Of a DNA stretch of 64,000 bases, positions 44,587-59,476 are shown in pieces. Positions within the stretch are counted from its first letter, which is position 1; each line of letters begins with the position of its first letter. A program made the translations under genes and the position numbers. The notes beneath the pieces are model-generated. The model did not search any database. It worked only from the letters and a program-made list of their open reading frames with translations, and was not told the origin of the DNA. The stretch is from the NCBI GenBank assembly GCA_964016885.1, contig OZ024742.1, positions 250,976,001 through 251,040,000 of the forward strand. Direction: 5' to 3'. This DNA comes from Eledone cirrhosa (taxonomy: Eukaryota).

Positions 44587-44745
44587 CATATATATATATA
44601 TAGATAGACCGATAAATATACATATATATATATAGATATATATATATATGTGTATATGTCTATATGTGTATATGTATATATATATACATATACAAGCAGG
44701 GAAAAGCGGACGTAAAATGATGACAATGATGATGATGATATATAT

Positions 44746-45960
44746 ATCATCATCATCATCATCATCAACGTTTAACGTCCGTGTTCCACGCTTGCATGGA
44801 TTTGGACGGGGGTAGTCCCACTTGAGGCAAGACTGATTGTCTTGCTCGCATAGGACTGTCTGGCAGGTTTTCTACAGTTGGATGCCCTTCCTAACACCAA
44901 CCACATTTACAGTGTGGGTCTGGGAGGTTTTTACCGTGTTGCCTACACGGCCACATTACAGCATGGACTGTGTGTTTTTTTTGTCGTGACACCTACACGA
45001 TCTCATTTGTTTCGGCCTATGGCGCGGCACCAACATAACTTTACATAGAACGGGGTGGTGTGGATGGGGTGGGGGTGGTGGTGGTGGGACGGGGTGTATT
45101 TTGTTAGAGATGCCTACTGGTTGGAGTAGGTTTTACTATATATTTAGGTAAGGCGGGTCTTCTCTGTTACTGAGTACCGCCAAAGGTCTCGGTCCAGTGA
45201 CATTGTCTTGGAGAGGTGTAAGTGTGTGATGTCGGAGTTTATCAGCTCGTCCCAGGTTTTTCTAGGTCTGCCTATTCCGTGACTACCGTCTATCTTTATT
45301 GCCCTGCACTTTGTTATACAGCTATCGACTTTCATGCGCATCACGTGTCCATACCAACGTAGCCTTCTCTCGAGTAAACAACATCTGATCCCTCTTATCT
45401 CTAATTTTTTTCCTTAGTTCGTTTATGCTTTGCCGTTCACGTATATTACTGTTACACATCCAGCGGAGCATGCAAGCTTCATTCCTCTCTAGTCTGCGTA
45501 TATCCTCTGCACACAATGCCCAGGTCTCACTGCCATGCAGCATTGCTGTTCGTATGCAGGCATCGTACAACCTGCTTTTCATTTTTAGGGAGAACCCTTT
45601 AGCAGCTAATAGTGGTATAAGCTCTCTGAACTTTTTCCAACCAGTTCTGACTCTAGCTACAGTACTTTCAGAGCACCCTCCCCCACTGCTGATTTTATCG
45701 CCCAGGTAACGGAAGTTGTCCACTATTTCTATAGAACCCTCTGCGCAATTGAAAGAGCTAGTATTTTGTGGGCACTTGCTGCTACTTATTGCCCCAGAAC
45801 ACCGGCCACATGTAAAATCTATGTTCTTAGTTAGCTTACCTGTGATCCCACTACATCTTTTATGCACCCATACTTTGCATTTAGGACATAAAATGGAGTT
45901 TCTACCTACGCCTTTCCTACACACCGAGCACGACCATTTCCCAGAAGGGACCGCCGCCTT
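44746..45960 (-). mobile_element. 5'-truncated RTE LINE (subfamily B)
   Basis: Near-identical to 19652-20836, with a 1-bp frameshift and an insertion of about 28 bp at 45121. Confidence 0.92.
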
Positions 45961-46354
45961 ATATACACATCTATATATATATTATATATATGCATTTCTT
46001 CAGCAAGAATCTTGATTTGAAATCGTTATTGACAAAATGATATAGAATTGTAAGACCAGAAAAAGAAGAGGCACAAAAAATAAAGTGAAAGTTATATGGT
46101 GCGTGTTTTCAATTGGCAAAATGACCACATCCAAGTATAACAATATATCATCATCATCATCATCATCGTTTAACGTCCATCTTCCACGCTAGCATGGGTA
46201 TACATATATAACAAGTGTGAAGAGACAATAGACAAAAATGTACTTAATTTTTCTTCAAATTCCCAACTACACAGTTTCACTGATTGGTATGCAGCCAAAG
46301 TGCAAGTAAAGTGCACGTTGGCCATGAGGTTAGTTTAGCTTCAACAATGTTGGT

Positions 46355-46775
<421 letters not shown>

Positions 46776-47620
46776 AGGAGGAGATTTTAGACAAACTCTC
46801 CCAGTCATTCCTAAAGGCAATAGGCAGTTGACACTTTGAACTTCTATAAAAGTTTTGAAACATAAGGGCATATCTTGGTAGAGACGAACAATCAGAGCAG
46901 TGTGCCCAGACTTAACTAATTCTTGGGGATGGAAGACTTCCTGTAGATAGAAAGGGAGCTATTGATAAAAATCCCATAAGCACGATGGTGGAATCATTAT
47001 GCCATCTCATAGAAAAAGTGTTCCTTAATCCTGAATATCAGTTTGCAAGTCACAAGTGACTCAGTGAAAGGGCTATATTGGCAAAAAATGTGACTGTGTA
47101 ATTGATAAATCAAGAGCTGTTAAAAAGAATTCCAAAGGTTTCAAAGCTCTATCGCTCTGTCAACACTGTGATGGGACTATTGGAAGCTGTCAATTAGTCA
47201 ACAGAGTTCCTCAACTCTTTAGAACCATCAGTAATGCCTCCACATGACTGTCGCCTGTTATTGAGGAATTTGGACCCATGAAGGCTATTCAAGGGCACTT
47301 GATTGGTTGTGAAAAATATGTATCCACACATGATTCCAGCCATCATTTCAACAGGATGCGGTAGGGGAGAGGATGTGTTTGTTCCAAGATTTCCTCTTAT
47401 TCCCACTGATATCCCATTTCAATTCAAACAGCATCAATTTCCAGTGGATTTTAGTTTTGCCATGAGCATCAACAGATCACAAGGACAAACATTTTTGGTT
47501 GCCAATTTACATGCTTCACCTATGGTCAGCTTTACGTTGGATGTTCAAGAGTAGAAAGTCAGAAACATCTTTATATCTATCCACCAGAGAGAAAGACTAC
47601 AAAGATTGTTTATACCAACA
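46776..47620 (+). pseudogene. Helitron PIF1-type helicase fragment
   Basis: GGDFRQTLPVIPKG, ERAILA, EFLNSL, LLRNLDP, QFPVDFSFAMSINRSQGQT, GQLYVGCSRV. Confidence 0.88.
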
Positions 47621-47754
47621 TTATAAATTGACCCAATTAATAAAGAAATCCGTCCTCAAAGAGGGGACAATCCTTGGGGGAAAACATGGTCTGACATGGA
47701 ATTAAAAAAAATTTGAAATAAAGGCATACTATTGTGATTATATATATATATATA

Positions 47755-49210
47755 ATGGCATCAGAGGTGATGAAGCGGTGTGATTTTGATGATATCCTGG
47801 AGTTCTGTAACCGGGCACTGGAAAAAGGAGTTGCCCTGAATCAGTGGAGGATCAGTAACATCATCCCAGTGCTAACGAAGAAAGATCTCTCTAAAACCAA
47901 CAACTGCAGGGTTATCTCACTGATGTCACTTGTGGCAAAACCCCTCAACAGAATGATTCTTAACAGGATCCAGCCCGAGATGGAGAAGAAGCTCAGAGAC
48001 AACCAGAACAGATTCAGAGAGAGATCAACCATCAGGTCACATCCTGATGCTGAGGAAGATATTAGAGGGAGCTAGAGCAAAGAACCTTCCTGCTGCCATG
48101 GTTTTCATTGACTTTAGGAAGGCCTTTGATTCTGTGGACCGTCACTACCTGATGAAAATCTTCCAGGCTTATGGAATCCCCAAGAAGATAGTGGACCTGA
48201 TATCACTGCTCTACACCAACACCAAAGCCAATGTATCTCCATAGAGCACTCCAGCCAGTATCTCAAAGAACTCCGTCATCTCGTCAGGGGTAATGATGGA
48301 GTTCTTTGAGATACTGGCTGGAGTGCTCCATGGAGATACATTGGCTCCCTACCTTTTTATCATTGCAGTGGACTATTGTATGCGCCTTGCACTGGAGAAA
48401 CACAAGGACTCTGGCTTACTGTTGCACTGGGCCAGAGCAGGAGAGTTAAGGCTAAAAAGATATCAGATGCTGAATTTATTGATGACATAGTTCTGGTGAC
48501 AAACACAGCAAAGGAGGCAGAAGGATTGATACAGGAGGTGAGGACTGTGTCGATAAGTGTGGGGGTGAGAATGAATGAGATTAAGAAAAAGTATCTGGTA
48601 GAGAACATTAAGAAGCCAGAGAAGATTATGAATGTAGGTGGGAAGCTGCTAGAGTTGATTGAGGACTTCCTGTATCTGGGAGCAAAGACTGGGAACACAG
48701 AGGAAGATGTGGTTGAGAAGAAGAGCAAAGCCTGGGTGGCATGCCACAGTTTGAGATCCGTGTGGAAGTCAGACCTTTGTAAAGACCTGAAGATCCGTCT
48801 CTTCATTGCTACTGTGGTGTCTGTGCTGCTGTATGGGTCTGAGACTTGGACACTGACTAAGAAAGTCACTCAGAAGGTGGATGGGTGCTACATGAGAATG
48901 CTGAGGATGGCTCTGAACATTAATCAATATACACTGAGGATGAAGAACTCAGAGCTGTACGGGAGCCTCCCAAATGTCAGCTCGAAAGTGACATAGAGGA
49001 GACTGAGGTTAGCTCACCGGCATTTGGAATTGACACTGTACTCAGTGTTCCTGTGGGAGCCTCTACATGAACACACTAGAAGAGGGAGACCAAGGATGAC
49101 ATATATTGATACCCTAAGGACAGACACTGGTCTCTGGCAGCCCCAGGACATGGCGACGATGATGAAGGACAGAGAACACTGGAGAGAACTCAAGCATGGA
49201 TCTCGGGATC
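47755..49210 (+). pseudogene. Degraded RTE-clade LINE RT (distinct family)
   Basis: FIDFRKAFDSV, GVLHGDTLAPYLF, FIDDIVL, LLYGSETW, RGRPRMTY. Confidence 0.85.
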
Positions 49211-49468
49211 AATATCGAAACAATTGTAATATGTCATTAATCTATTTAATCTATTTACACTCAGTGCACTACAGCTGCCTAAATTCTGGAATACAACCCA
49301 AATGAGACAGACCTTGTAATAGCATTGAGTCCTCTGAACGGCACGCTGTCTGTACCTGTAATTACACACCTAACACACATATATGAATGGACATGTTATT
49401 TTTATCTAAAAATATTTTTTCAAATTCCACCCCGCCCATTCCTTCAATCTATCTAATTGCTTGTTCTT

Positions 49469-49504
49469 TCTTCTGATGAAGGACTAGCATACAAAACGTT
49501 AAGA
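49469..49504 (+). ncRNA. Decayed minimal hammerhead (G12A)
   Basis: TCTT-CTGATGA-AGGACTAGCATAC-AAAACGTT-AAGA. Confidence 0.45.
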
Positions 49505-49584
49505 CCCTCTTCTTGCTATTTCAAGCGTTAACCTAATATATTCCTTCCATATACTGTACTGATTGTGTTGTTATATCTAGAAAC

Positions 49585-52212
49585 AGCCACAATGACAGAG
49601 GACGGAGACATTGTTATGCTAGCAGGGGACTTCAATGGTCATATTGGACAGCTCCAGGATGGCTACACTGGGGTACATGGTGGGCACGGTTATGGCTCAA
49701 GAAATGAAGAAGGAGTGAGGCTTCTTGAATTTTGTGATGCAAGTGCACTAACCATTTGCAACACTAACTTCAAAAAACCTACCAACCACCTAATAACCTA
49801 CACATCAGTTGAGCACATAAGCCAGATTGACTTCTTGCTAGTTAGACAGCGAGACAGACAGATGGTGGGGAAGAATGTACCCCACAGCATAGGTTAGTCA
49901 TTAGTGACATCTCAGTAAGCAAGAGGCAAAATGAGACATACAGGAAGGTGTGGAAAAGGAAGGTCTGGAAGCTAAAAGACCTTTCACTAAAATATAAATT
50001 TAGGAAGGCCCTTCAAGATGTGTATGATGAAAAAGAAGACGATTAAGAATCGTATGACATAGATGATAACTGGAATTTCTTACGTGACAACTTACTGCAG
50101 GCTACTGAAAAAACTTGTGGCTGGAGCAGAGCTCCGACCAGACAGAGAGTGACCTGGTGGTGGAACAGCACGGTAGATAGAGCCATTAGAGACAAAAGAC
50201 TAGCATGGAATGCTTGGGAAAATGGTGGGAGTAGAGACTGATACACAGCCGCTAAGAGAGGAGTTAGACGTCAGGTGTACTTAGCACGCAGGGAGGCTAA
50301 GAGTAGGAGATTTGCCAATGTTCTGCAATGGGAAGATCAGAGACGTGTGGTGTTCCGCATTGCGAGGCAGTGTGTCGGTGTAAATCAGGATGTTGTTGGA
50401 GATAAGTGTGTCCGAAATGATGCTGGTGTACTTAGTGTCACTAATGATCAGAAAAAGGAGGCCTGGAAACGAGAGACTGATGAATGTGGAGAACGAATGG
50501 GAGAGAGAGAAATTACCCCCAGTAGACCCGACAGAGGGACCAGCTACTGAGATTGACAAATATAGGGTCCAAGAGGCAATTAAGGAAATAAAAAAGGGTA
50601 AGGCCACTGGACCGTCGGGGATAGTTGCTGAGATGCTGAAGGCATCAGGAGAAGCAGGCACTAAACTGGTTGCATGCCTCATCAATCAAGCTATATATGG
50701 TGGTGTCATACCCAAAGACTGGTGCAGCAGTATTCTCATAAATTGCTACAAAGGTAAAGGGGATGCTCTGGAGAGGAGCAATTATAGGGGCATAAAACTG
50801 ATGGATCAAGTTATGAAAGTGGCAGAGACAATATTAGCGCAATTAATTAGAGAAAGGGTCAAATTAGATGAGATGCAGTTTGGTTTTGTACCTGGGAAAA
50901 GTACAACAGATGCCCTCTTCTTATTAAGACAACTACAAGAGCGGTTCTTAGAGAAGAATAAGCCACTATACTTAGCTTTTGTTGACCTAGAGAAGGCCTT
51001 TCATAGGGTACCCCGATCTGTCATCTGGTGGTCCCTAAGGAAACTAGGTGTAGAGGAATGGCTTGTGAGGACAGTGCAAGCTATGTACAGAGGTGCTGTC
51101 AGTAAACTGAGAGTAGGAATGGAGTTTAGTCATGAATTCCAGATACAAGTAGGAGTACATCAGGGTTTGGTCCTCAGCCCACTCTTGTTCATTATAGTCT
51201 TCCAAGCCATAACAGAGGAGTTTAAGACTGGCTGCCAACGGGAACTTCTCTAGGCTGACGATCTGGTTTTTATAGCAGAATCAGTAGAGGAGCTAGAGAA
51301 TAAATTCTGGCTATGGAAACGGCAGTTGGAATCAAGAGGACTGAAAGTGAACCTAGCTAAGACAAAAGTGTTGATAAGTAGAAAAGAGGACAAAACTATG
51401 ATTCCATCAGCGATATGTAGAAAAGGAACTGCCATAAATTCTATAAAATGTACACAATGCAGATCTTGGGTATACAAGAGATGTAGTGGAATAGCAGGCA
51501 AACTAACAGGAAGGGAAACTACGTATGCAGTAGATGTACAGGGAAATTTGACAGTAGAAGTCGCAGTGATAGACACATTTTTCAAATGTAGGTGGGTTCT
51601 ATAGAAGTGGTTGATAGCTTCCGGTACCTAGGTGATCAGATTAGCATGGGAGACCATAGTATCAAGAATAAGGAGGGGTTAGCAGAAGTTTAGGGAGATG
51701 CTTCTTCTGTTGACAAAGAAGGGTTTCTCCCTGCGTACGAAAGGCCGGTTATATGATGCCTGTGTGAGATGCGCGATGCTGCATGGTAGTGAGACATGGG
51801 CAGCAACTGCAGAGGATATGCGAAGGCTGGAGAGAAATGAAGCAAGTATGCTCCGTTGGATGTGCAATGTCAATGTGCGTCAACGACCTAGCATGGATGA
51901 GTTGAGAGATAAACTGTGTATAAGAGGGCTAAGTTGTAGTGTGCAGGAGAGAAGACTGCGATGGTATGGACATGTGATGCGCATGGAGGATGACCGGTGG
52001 GTAAAGAAGTGTCAAGAAATGCCGGTAGAAGGAAGACGCAGTAGAGGAAGACCACAAAAAACATGGACAAAGGTGGTGAGAGCAGATCTCAGATTGCTGA
52101 AGCTCACAGAGGAGATGACGTAGGACCGTGACAAGTGGAGGGATACTGTGCTGAATAGGACCCATCCCACCCTTGCAAGCAGGGAAAGGCGGACGTAAGA
52201 TGATGATGATGA
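49585..52212 (+). pseudogene. RTE LINE (subfamily C): APE C-terminus, RT and short 3'UTR
   Basis: AGDFNGHIG, NYRGIKLM, QFGFVPGKSTTDA, FVDLEKAF, GVHQG; YADD is destroyed by TAG at 51251; (GAT)n tail. Confidence 0.92.
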
Positions 52213-52269
52213 TATATATATATATATATATACGCGAACGACAAATATATATACGCGAACGACAAATAT

Positions 52270-52887
52270 ATATACGCGAACAACAAAGCATAAATGAATT
52301 GAGAGAGAGACTGAGCATAAGAGGAATCAAATGCTGTGTGCAGGAGAGGCGGTTGCGTTGGTATGGACATGTGATGCCTATGAAGGATGACAGTTGCATA
52401 AAAAGGTGCAGAGCACTAGAAGTCAATGGAAACCGCGGAGTGGGGAGACCCAAGAAGACCTGGGATGAGGTGATAAAAGCCGACCTTACCCAATTACACC
52501 TCTCAAAGGCGATGACACACGACCGTGACCTCTGGCGTCACGCAGTAATACAGAGTACCCGACCTCCCATGGGTACAAGCTGAAGCATATAGACAATATG
52601 CCCCCACACCCTCCCACTGCAAGGTGGTCGTGGAGGTGCCACGGCAAAAAAGCACTCAGCCGACACTGTAAAGTGGACGTGTAGGCGCCACGGAAGAAAA
52701 GTACCCAGCACTCACTGTAAATGAGGTTGGTGTTAGGTAGGGCATCCAGCTGTAGAAATCAAGCCAAAATCAGTTCCTGTATGAGCAAGGTATGGTCAGC
52801 CGACCAGACACTGCCCACAACAGGACAACCCGTCTAACCCCTGCTAGCATGGAAGAACGGACGTAAAACGGTGATGATGATGATGAT
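52270..52887 (+). mobile_element. 5'-truncated RTE LINE (subfamily A)
   Basis: Reverse complement of 4003-4605. Confidence 0.92.
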
Positions 52888-52992
52888 ATATATATACATA
52901 TAAGTTTATCACAGGTTCAGTCGGGGGTAACCACAAGTAAGGTTCTCAATACATAGCAGAGTATAAATATCGAATATTGAAATGGTTTCTAC

Positions 52993-53075
52993 AGGACTCT
53001 AGAACTGTTTCATTTTGGGAGAAGCCATCAGGGGGCTTCCTGATAATTTCTCCCGAAAGAAATAGTTCTAGTCCT
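52993..53075. repeat. Imperfect fold-back with decayed hammerhead-like cores
   Basis: aggact..agaact.tttc / gaaatagttctagtcct; ctgat..gaaa on both strands. Confidence 0.55.
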
Positions 53076-53380
53076 AAATATATATATATATATATATATA
53101 TATTTACATTCACCAAAGACTTCTGAATGTTTTTTTACACCTTACAAACAAGGCGACATGTGTATATGTTCGTGTGTGCATATGCGTACATCAGTATGAA
53201 GAAGTTCGATTGCACTGTGGCTTTTGATTTTTAATTCATTTAAATATACACACGTACGTATACTCCCCCAAACCTAATTAATAAAGAAGCTGTTAAATGA
53301 TGATGATGATCTCACATACTAACACATATATTCATATATATATATATATGTGTGTACATATATATCTCTCTCTATATATA

Positions 53381-53459
53381 TAACGAGGGAGTTGTGGTAA
53401 GGAACCAGATGGACCATAACGCACCAGATTACTCAATACTTAGGGGTCATACATTTTCC

Positions 53460-53491
<32 letters not shown>

Positions 53492-53688
53492 TAAATATAG
53501 ATAGATATATTAGATATATGTTGTTATTTATAATGTATATATATATATATATATATAGGAAAATGTTTGACCCCGATGGCAGAGCTCAAGCCGTTTCGAC
53601 GGCTATTTCTGGACTCTACTACCCTAAGTATTGAGTACTCTGGTGCGTTATGGTCGATCTGGTTCCTTACCACACCTCCTTCGTTATA
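53381..53688. repeat. Inverted pair of a short (TA)n-associated element with a conserved hairpin
   Basis: 53381-53460 is a deleted reverse complement of 53558-53688; relatives at 3162-3220 and 56220-56321. Confidence 0.75.
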
Positions 53689-54723
53689 TATATATATATA
53701 TATACACACACAAACACATTCACACACACATATATGTATATATGTATATATATATATATACACATTCATGTACACACACTCAGACTGCAACAAAATTGCT
53801 CGAGGCAAAAGCGATATAAAAACAACACACTCTTAACAGATTTAGCATGAAAACTAGATTACAGGATTAGTGGATCGATATAAATGATTGATTGACGGAA
53901 CGACGTGTTGGTTGTATGTTGATTGGTATTTAATAAAACAATAGTGTGAGAAGTAAAATTTGTCGTGTCAAAATCTACTGTACAGCGAAACAAAACTTAC
54001 TTTACACATCGTATATTAAGGATTTATTTTGTATATAAATTACATTATAAATAATTAAAATAGAGAAAGAAAAGGGAAAGGAAAAGAGAAAGAGAAAAAG
54101 AAAAAAAAACATACCAGCAAGTAATATATACATCTAGGACCACATAAGTTTGATTATAGGGTTATTAGATCGATAAATCGGTGGATTAACGGCGGGTTGA
54201 TTGGGTTGACAGATCCATGGATTGACGGCTTGATTAATGGATGAGTAGGGGGTAGATGGATTATGGGATTACTGGATGATTAGTTCGACGGATTGTTAGA
54301 GTGATAGAACGATAGATTGGCGGATTAGTAGACATGAATTATATGTTGACATATGAGAGCCGTAACTTTAACGTATAAATAAAACTACTGTCCAGCAAGA
54401 GAACTTTCAAAACAACAGACCTTATGTCAAGTTCGATAACTAGGTCGATAGATCGATAGATTAATAGTATATGTGTTGATTATGTTGATATTTCATTTTT
54501 AAAAAAAGAGGTGTAACTCACCATATAATAAGATTACTGAACAAGCCTTACATCACATCAAAACATATTACACTAGTCACTCCAGCTTACTCTATATATA
54601 TATCTATGTTTTTGTATATATATATATCACTCTCTCCCCTTTCTTTCTGTATTTATTTCTGCGTATATCTTACTCTCTTTATATCACTATTACTCTTATC
54701 TATCACTTCCCCCACCTCCTCCC

Positions 54724-54772
<49 letters not shown>

Positions 54773-55024
54773 AGGGGGGGGGGGGAGATATACGGTGGCT
54801 TTTTCGTGGAAAAGCCGAGCCCTGAATTGATGTTTTAAAGAGGAGGAAGTGGAGATGGTAGTGGTGACAGTAGTACATACTGATAGCAATTGCAGTGGAG
54901 TATACTGTTGGTAGTAGTAGTAGTACACTACTACTACTACAATTACTTGTAGTAGTACTAGTAAAAAGCGGGACATACGAGACCGTCATTTACTATACTA
55001 TTTATCGTCTCTCTCTCTCTCTCC

Positions 55025-55101
<77 letters not shown>

Positions 55102-55203
55102 TAGAAGTTGTATTTAATTTGTTGGAAGTCAGACAAACAGATGTTTATAACTAATATAGAGCACTCAACAAATTACTGGAGTAAATATTCAATGATATTA
55201 AAT

Positions 55204-55535
55204 AAATGGAAACTATATTTATAAAACCATATTTATTTCATTATACATATTTCAAGGGCCACCTGAGCAAACTATGGTGCGTTTTCATCAGATAAAATAT
55301 AATAAAGGTTAGTTTTATAAATAAATATTGACATACCCTTAAAAAATGCAACCATTCTGGTTGGAATCTCCTGGATAGTCAGGAGATTCCAACCAGAATG
55401 GTTGTATTTTTTAAGGGTATGTCAATATTTATTTATAAAACTAACCTTTATTATATTTTATCTGATGAAAGCGCACTATAGTTTGCTCAGGTGGCCCTTG
55501 AAATATGTATAATGAAATAAATATAGTTTCCATTT
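55204..55535. repeat. Fold-back element (about 160-bp arms) with hammerhead-like core
   Basis: CTGATGA at 55462 and GAAATATGTA at 55500; related core at 56436-56480. Confidence 0.88.
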
Positions 55536-55540
55536 GTTAG

Positions 55541-55625
<85 letters not shown>

Positions 55626-56121
55626 AGGGATAACAAAATATCGTTATAGGTAATCCAGTTAGAGGTTGTGAATACTTATTATTATGGATAGTTTTAGCGT
55701 ACGGCTTTGTTTGACTCAACAAGAGGTTTACGTAGATAGCGAGTTTATGATTTAACTTGTATTCCTATATAAGTTTATCTTGCAGTAATAAAATTGAAAA
55801 AAATGTGAAGAATAACATGGTCAACAGTACAAAAAAGGGGAATTTATTTACAGTCTAATAATTGTTTCTCTGCTTGAGTTGTCTAAACATTGCTGAACAC
55901 TAGAAGCAGTGCCACTCAATTTTAAATTAGCTCTAGGAAAGAGATTTTTCCGAGCCATATAATATAACTGAACAAAAAAGAAAAACGAACACAGACATAT
56001 ACATATATGTGTTCAAATCGTAAGGGACCAGATTCGCTAAGGTGAAGAGAATACTAACTATAGACAATAAGGTTTGCCAGACTCAATTTAAAATAACCAT
56101 TCTAGTCCAGTAGAAACCATT

Positions 56122-56185
<64 letters not shown>

Positions 56186-56601
56186 AGATTCAGGACCCCG
56201 AATCTTTTCATATTACCCGCTCTACTACCCCAAGTATCGAGTACTCTGGTGGGTTATGGTCCACCTAGAAATATTTTACCACACCCTTTCTGATATAAAT
56301 ATATCAGAAAGGGTGTGGTAATAGATAAAACCAAAACTTAGTATGGTTCGTTGATTACTCAACGAATACAATTTTACAATATATTGAATAATCGAGACCG
56401 GAGCGGTATGTCATATATCAAATCATATATTTTGTCTGATGAAAACGTACTGCAACAACACAGTACCTTTGAAATATATATAATAAAGTATATATTTTGA
56501 TTATGTGAATATTTTTCATTTGTTAATATTTTGAATTATATATATATATATAAATACATAATCGGAGAAAGCTAATAGCGATATATATATATATATATAT
56601 A

Positions 56602-56844
56602 TATAAAGAAAAAAAGATGAAATCGAAAATGCAACTGGAGTCTTATTTTTTTTAAAAATATATATATTTATTTGGTTCCTTTACCGGTTTCACAGTTGTG
56701 AGAAAAACCACAGACCCTCCATCTCAACTCGACTTTTGAAAAGCATAAGAACTGCGAAACCTTTAAAGGAACCAAATAAATATATATATTTTTTTAAAAA
56801 TAAGACTCCAGTTGCATTTTCGATTTCATCTTTTTTTCTTTATA
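56602..56844. repeat. Fold-back element (about 90-bp arms, about 55-bp spacer)
   Basis: tataaagaaaaaaagatgaaatcg.. / ..cgatttcatctttttttctttata. Confidence 0.88.
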
Positions 56845-56899
56845 CTTTCACTCGTGTAGGACACCTCGGTTATTTTTCATTTTGTAAAAAAACCCTCAG

Positions 56900-56936
<37 letters not shown>

Positions 56937-56980
56937 TAGGTAAATATACACGGGTGTGTATGATTGTGTATAGAAGATTA

Positions 56981-57490
<510 letters not shown>

Positions 57491-57491
57491 T

Positions 57492-57530
<39 letters not shown>

Positions 57531-57533
<3 letters not shown>

Positions 57534-58165
57534 TGTCAAAATGAATGGACCTGTTATTTTTATCTAAAGACATTTTTTGATGTACGAAGTTATCACCTAT
57601 ATGTGGTTGGCTGTCAATCGTAGTAAGGATGTATAAAATTGGTTTGTTGGCGCCAGTATTGCAGATGTTTTAAATCCGGGGGGTTTTGTATGGATAGTGA
57701 GATTACCAGATCGAATTATGCTCGTCTCGGTAATCGGGCAATCTCACTATCCATACAAAACCCAGAGTGAAACGCCAGAGTAACAAGGCTCACCACTTAA
57801 TGGATATATTTACAGACCTGTCAACTCTCTCCGTCGAACGGGGGGATCTCCCATCCACTTTGGGGTGGGTGAGAGATGTCTTCTATTAAGAAAATGGGTA
57901 TAGCTTACATTATGTAAAATCTCTCCATTTTGCCTCATTTCTCCCCGTTTGGGGGCCCTTTTCTTTTCATGGCACTCCCCGTTTCGGGTTTTAGGGGAGG
58001 CAGGTCTGATATACACAGTTGTCCCCCGTTATTCGCGGGTGTTACGTTCCAAGAGCATCCCCAAAGAGTGAAAAACCGCGTATATCTGACGTGATCCATA
58101 GAAATGCCTATAAACGTTAAAACAACGTAAAATATAGGTCGACAAATACGGTATATTATTATTAA
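57531..58165. repeat. About 635-bp segment directly repeated at 60007-60641
   Basis: High identity by eye; includes a 24-bp-stem hairpin at 57681-57763 and the start of a Tigger-like MITE. Confidence 0.9.
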
Positions 58166-58587
58166 GGACTGAGAGAAAAATGTGTTGATGAACGCACTCC
58201 TAAGTATTTTGAGGTGAAACATACCAATTTCTGGATACCTGCAGCTGAGCACAGAAATGGAATTTTCACTTATTGTTGCGAAACAGAGTTTTGAAATTTA
58301 AATTTGTCCAGGTATCACGGCTATTGCCAATATGGGTTTGTTTTTATTGATTTATTATTTTAAATCGAGACAGGCAAACTGTATTAATTTAATTAGTATT
58401 TTTCAATCTAGCTAACTTGGCCATTTGCAATACAAACACTTATATACTTATATTAGTGTTTATCATATATTAATTTATATTAATTTGTATTTCACGGCTC
58501 AGAAATAACTCTTTCTTTGAGCTATTTAATTGTAAAAGACTGTTTGAGTTTATAACTCTATATATAGTATATATATATATATATATA

Positions 58588-58850
58588 AAGTCTGTCTTAA
58601 GCCAGAAGGCTCATTTGGCCAATGCTTATCCCGGTTTCATGGCGTGAAGCAACTGAGAGTACAAGACACACCCCTGGACAGGACGCCAGTCCATCGCAGG
58701 GTTAAACCCACAGCTATTGCTGGTACTCATTTTCAGCTATACTGGAGCAACGTAAAATGAAGTGTTTTGCTCAGGAACACAACACGCAGCCCAGGAATCG
58801 AACCCATGATCGTAAGTCCAACACCCTTACCACTAGGCCACATGCCTCCA
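58588..58850 (-). mobile_element. tRNA-derived SINE (family S3) with CORE-like and V-like segments
   Basis: A box tggcctagtgg; B box ggttcgattcc; cctgagcaaaacactt; cctgcgatggactggcgtcctgtccagggg. Confidence 0.8.
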
Positions 58851-58863
58851 CAAACACACATAA

Positions 58864-59476
58864 TCTATATATATAAAACTGGGGATGTCTGTCTGTGTGT
58901 GTGAGTTTGAATCCCTAAAACTCGAGAAGTACCCAACCGATTTTTTTCAAACTTTACATGTGTATTACTTATGTTTCAGGGTGTGTTATGCAACTTTTTG
59001 ATCCCCTAGGGCCCACATTAGGCGAAAAACTGCGTTTTTTTTCAGCTTGTTAGGGGTTTTTTGAGGCGTTACGTCAGACAGATTTCCTTGAAATTGTAAC
59101 TATGTATTAGTCAGTCTCTTCTTCATACCGTGAGCAAAGAAAATCCAACTTTTTATGGCCTAGGTGAAACACTTCATTTTTTCAGCTTTTTAGGGCTTTT
59201 TTGATGCGTTACGTCTAGCCGATTCTCCCGAAATTTCAAGGCATATTATACACATAAAAAAAATTCATTTTCTTGATCCCCTAGGGCCGGCATTAGGTGA
59301 AAACCTGCATTTTTCCTGCTTCATCGAGAAAAATCTTAAAGATTATCCAGCCATCAGAGTACTCGGTTTATTTTCTTTACATATTGTCCAGGCATGCAGT
59401 TTTTCCACGATTAGGTCTGTTGGCGGCCCGCGTTCCAAAATACATTATCCCATGCAACGCCGGATACCACTGTTAG
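58864..59476 (+). mobile_element. Non-autonomous Helitron
   Basis: 5' A|TCTATATATATAAAA followed by (TCTG)n; 3' cccatgcaacgccgg..TTAG|T; internal tandem repeats; a second 5' end at 59778. Confidence 0.75.
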
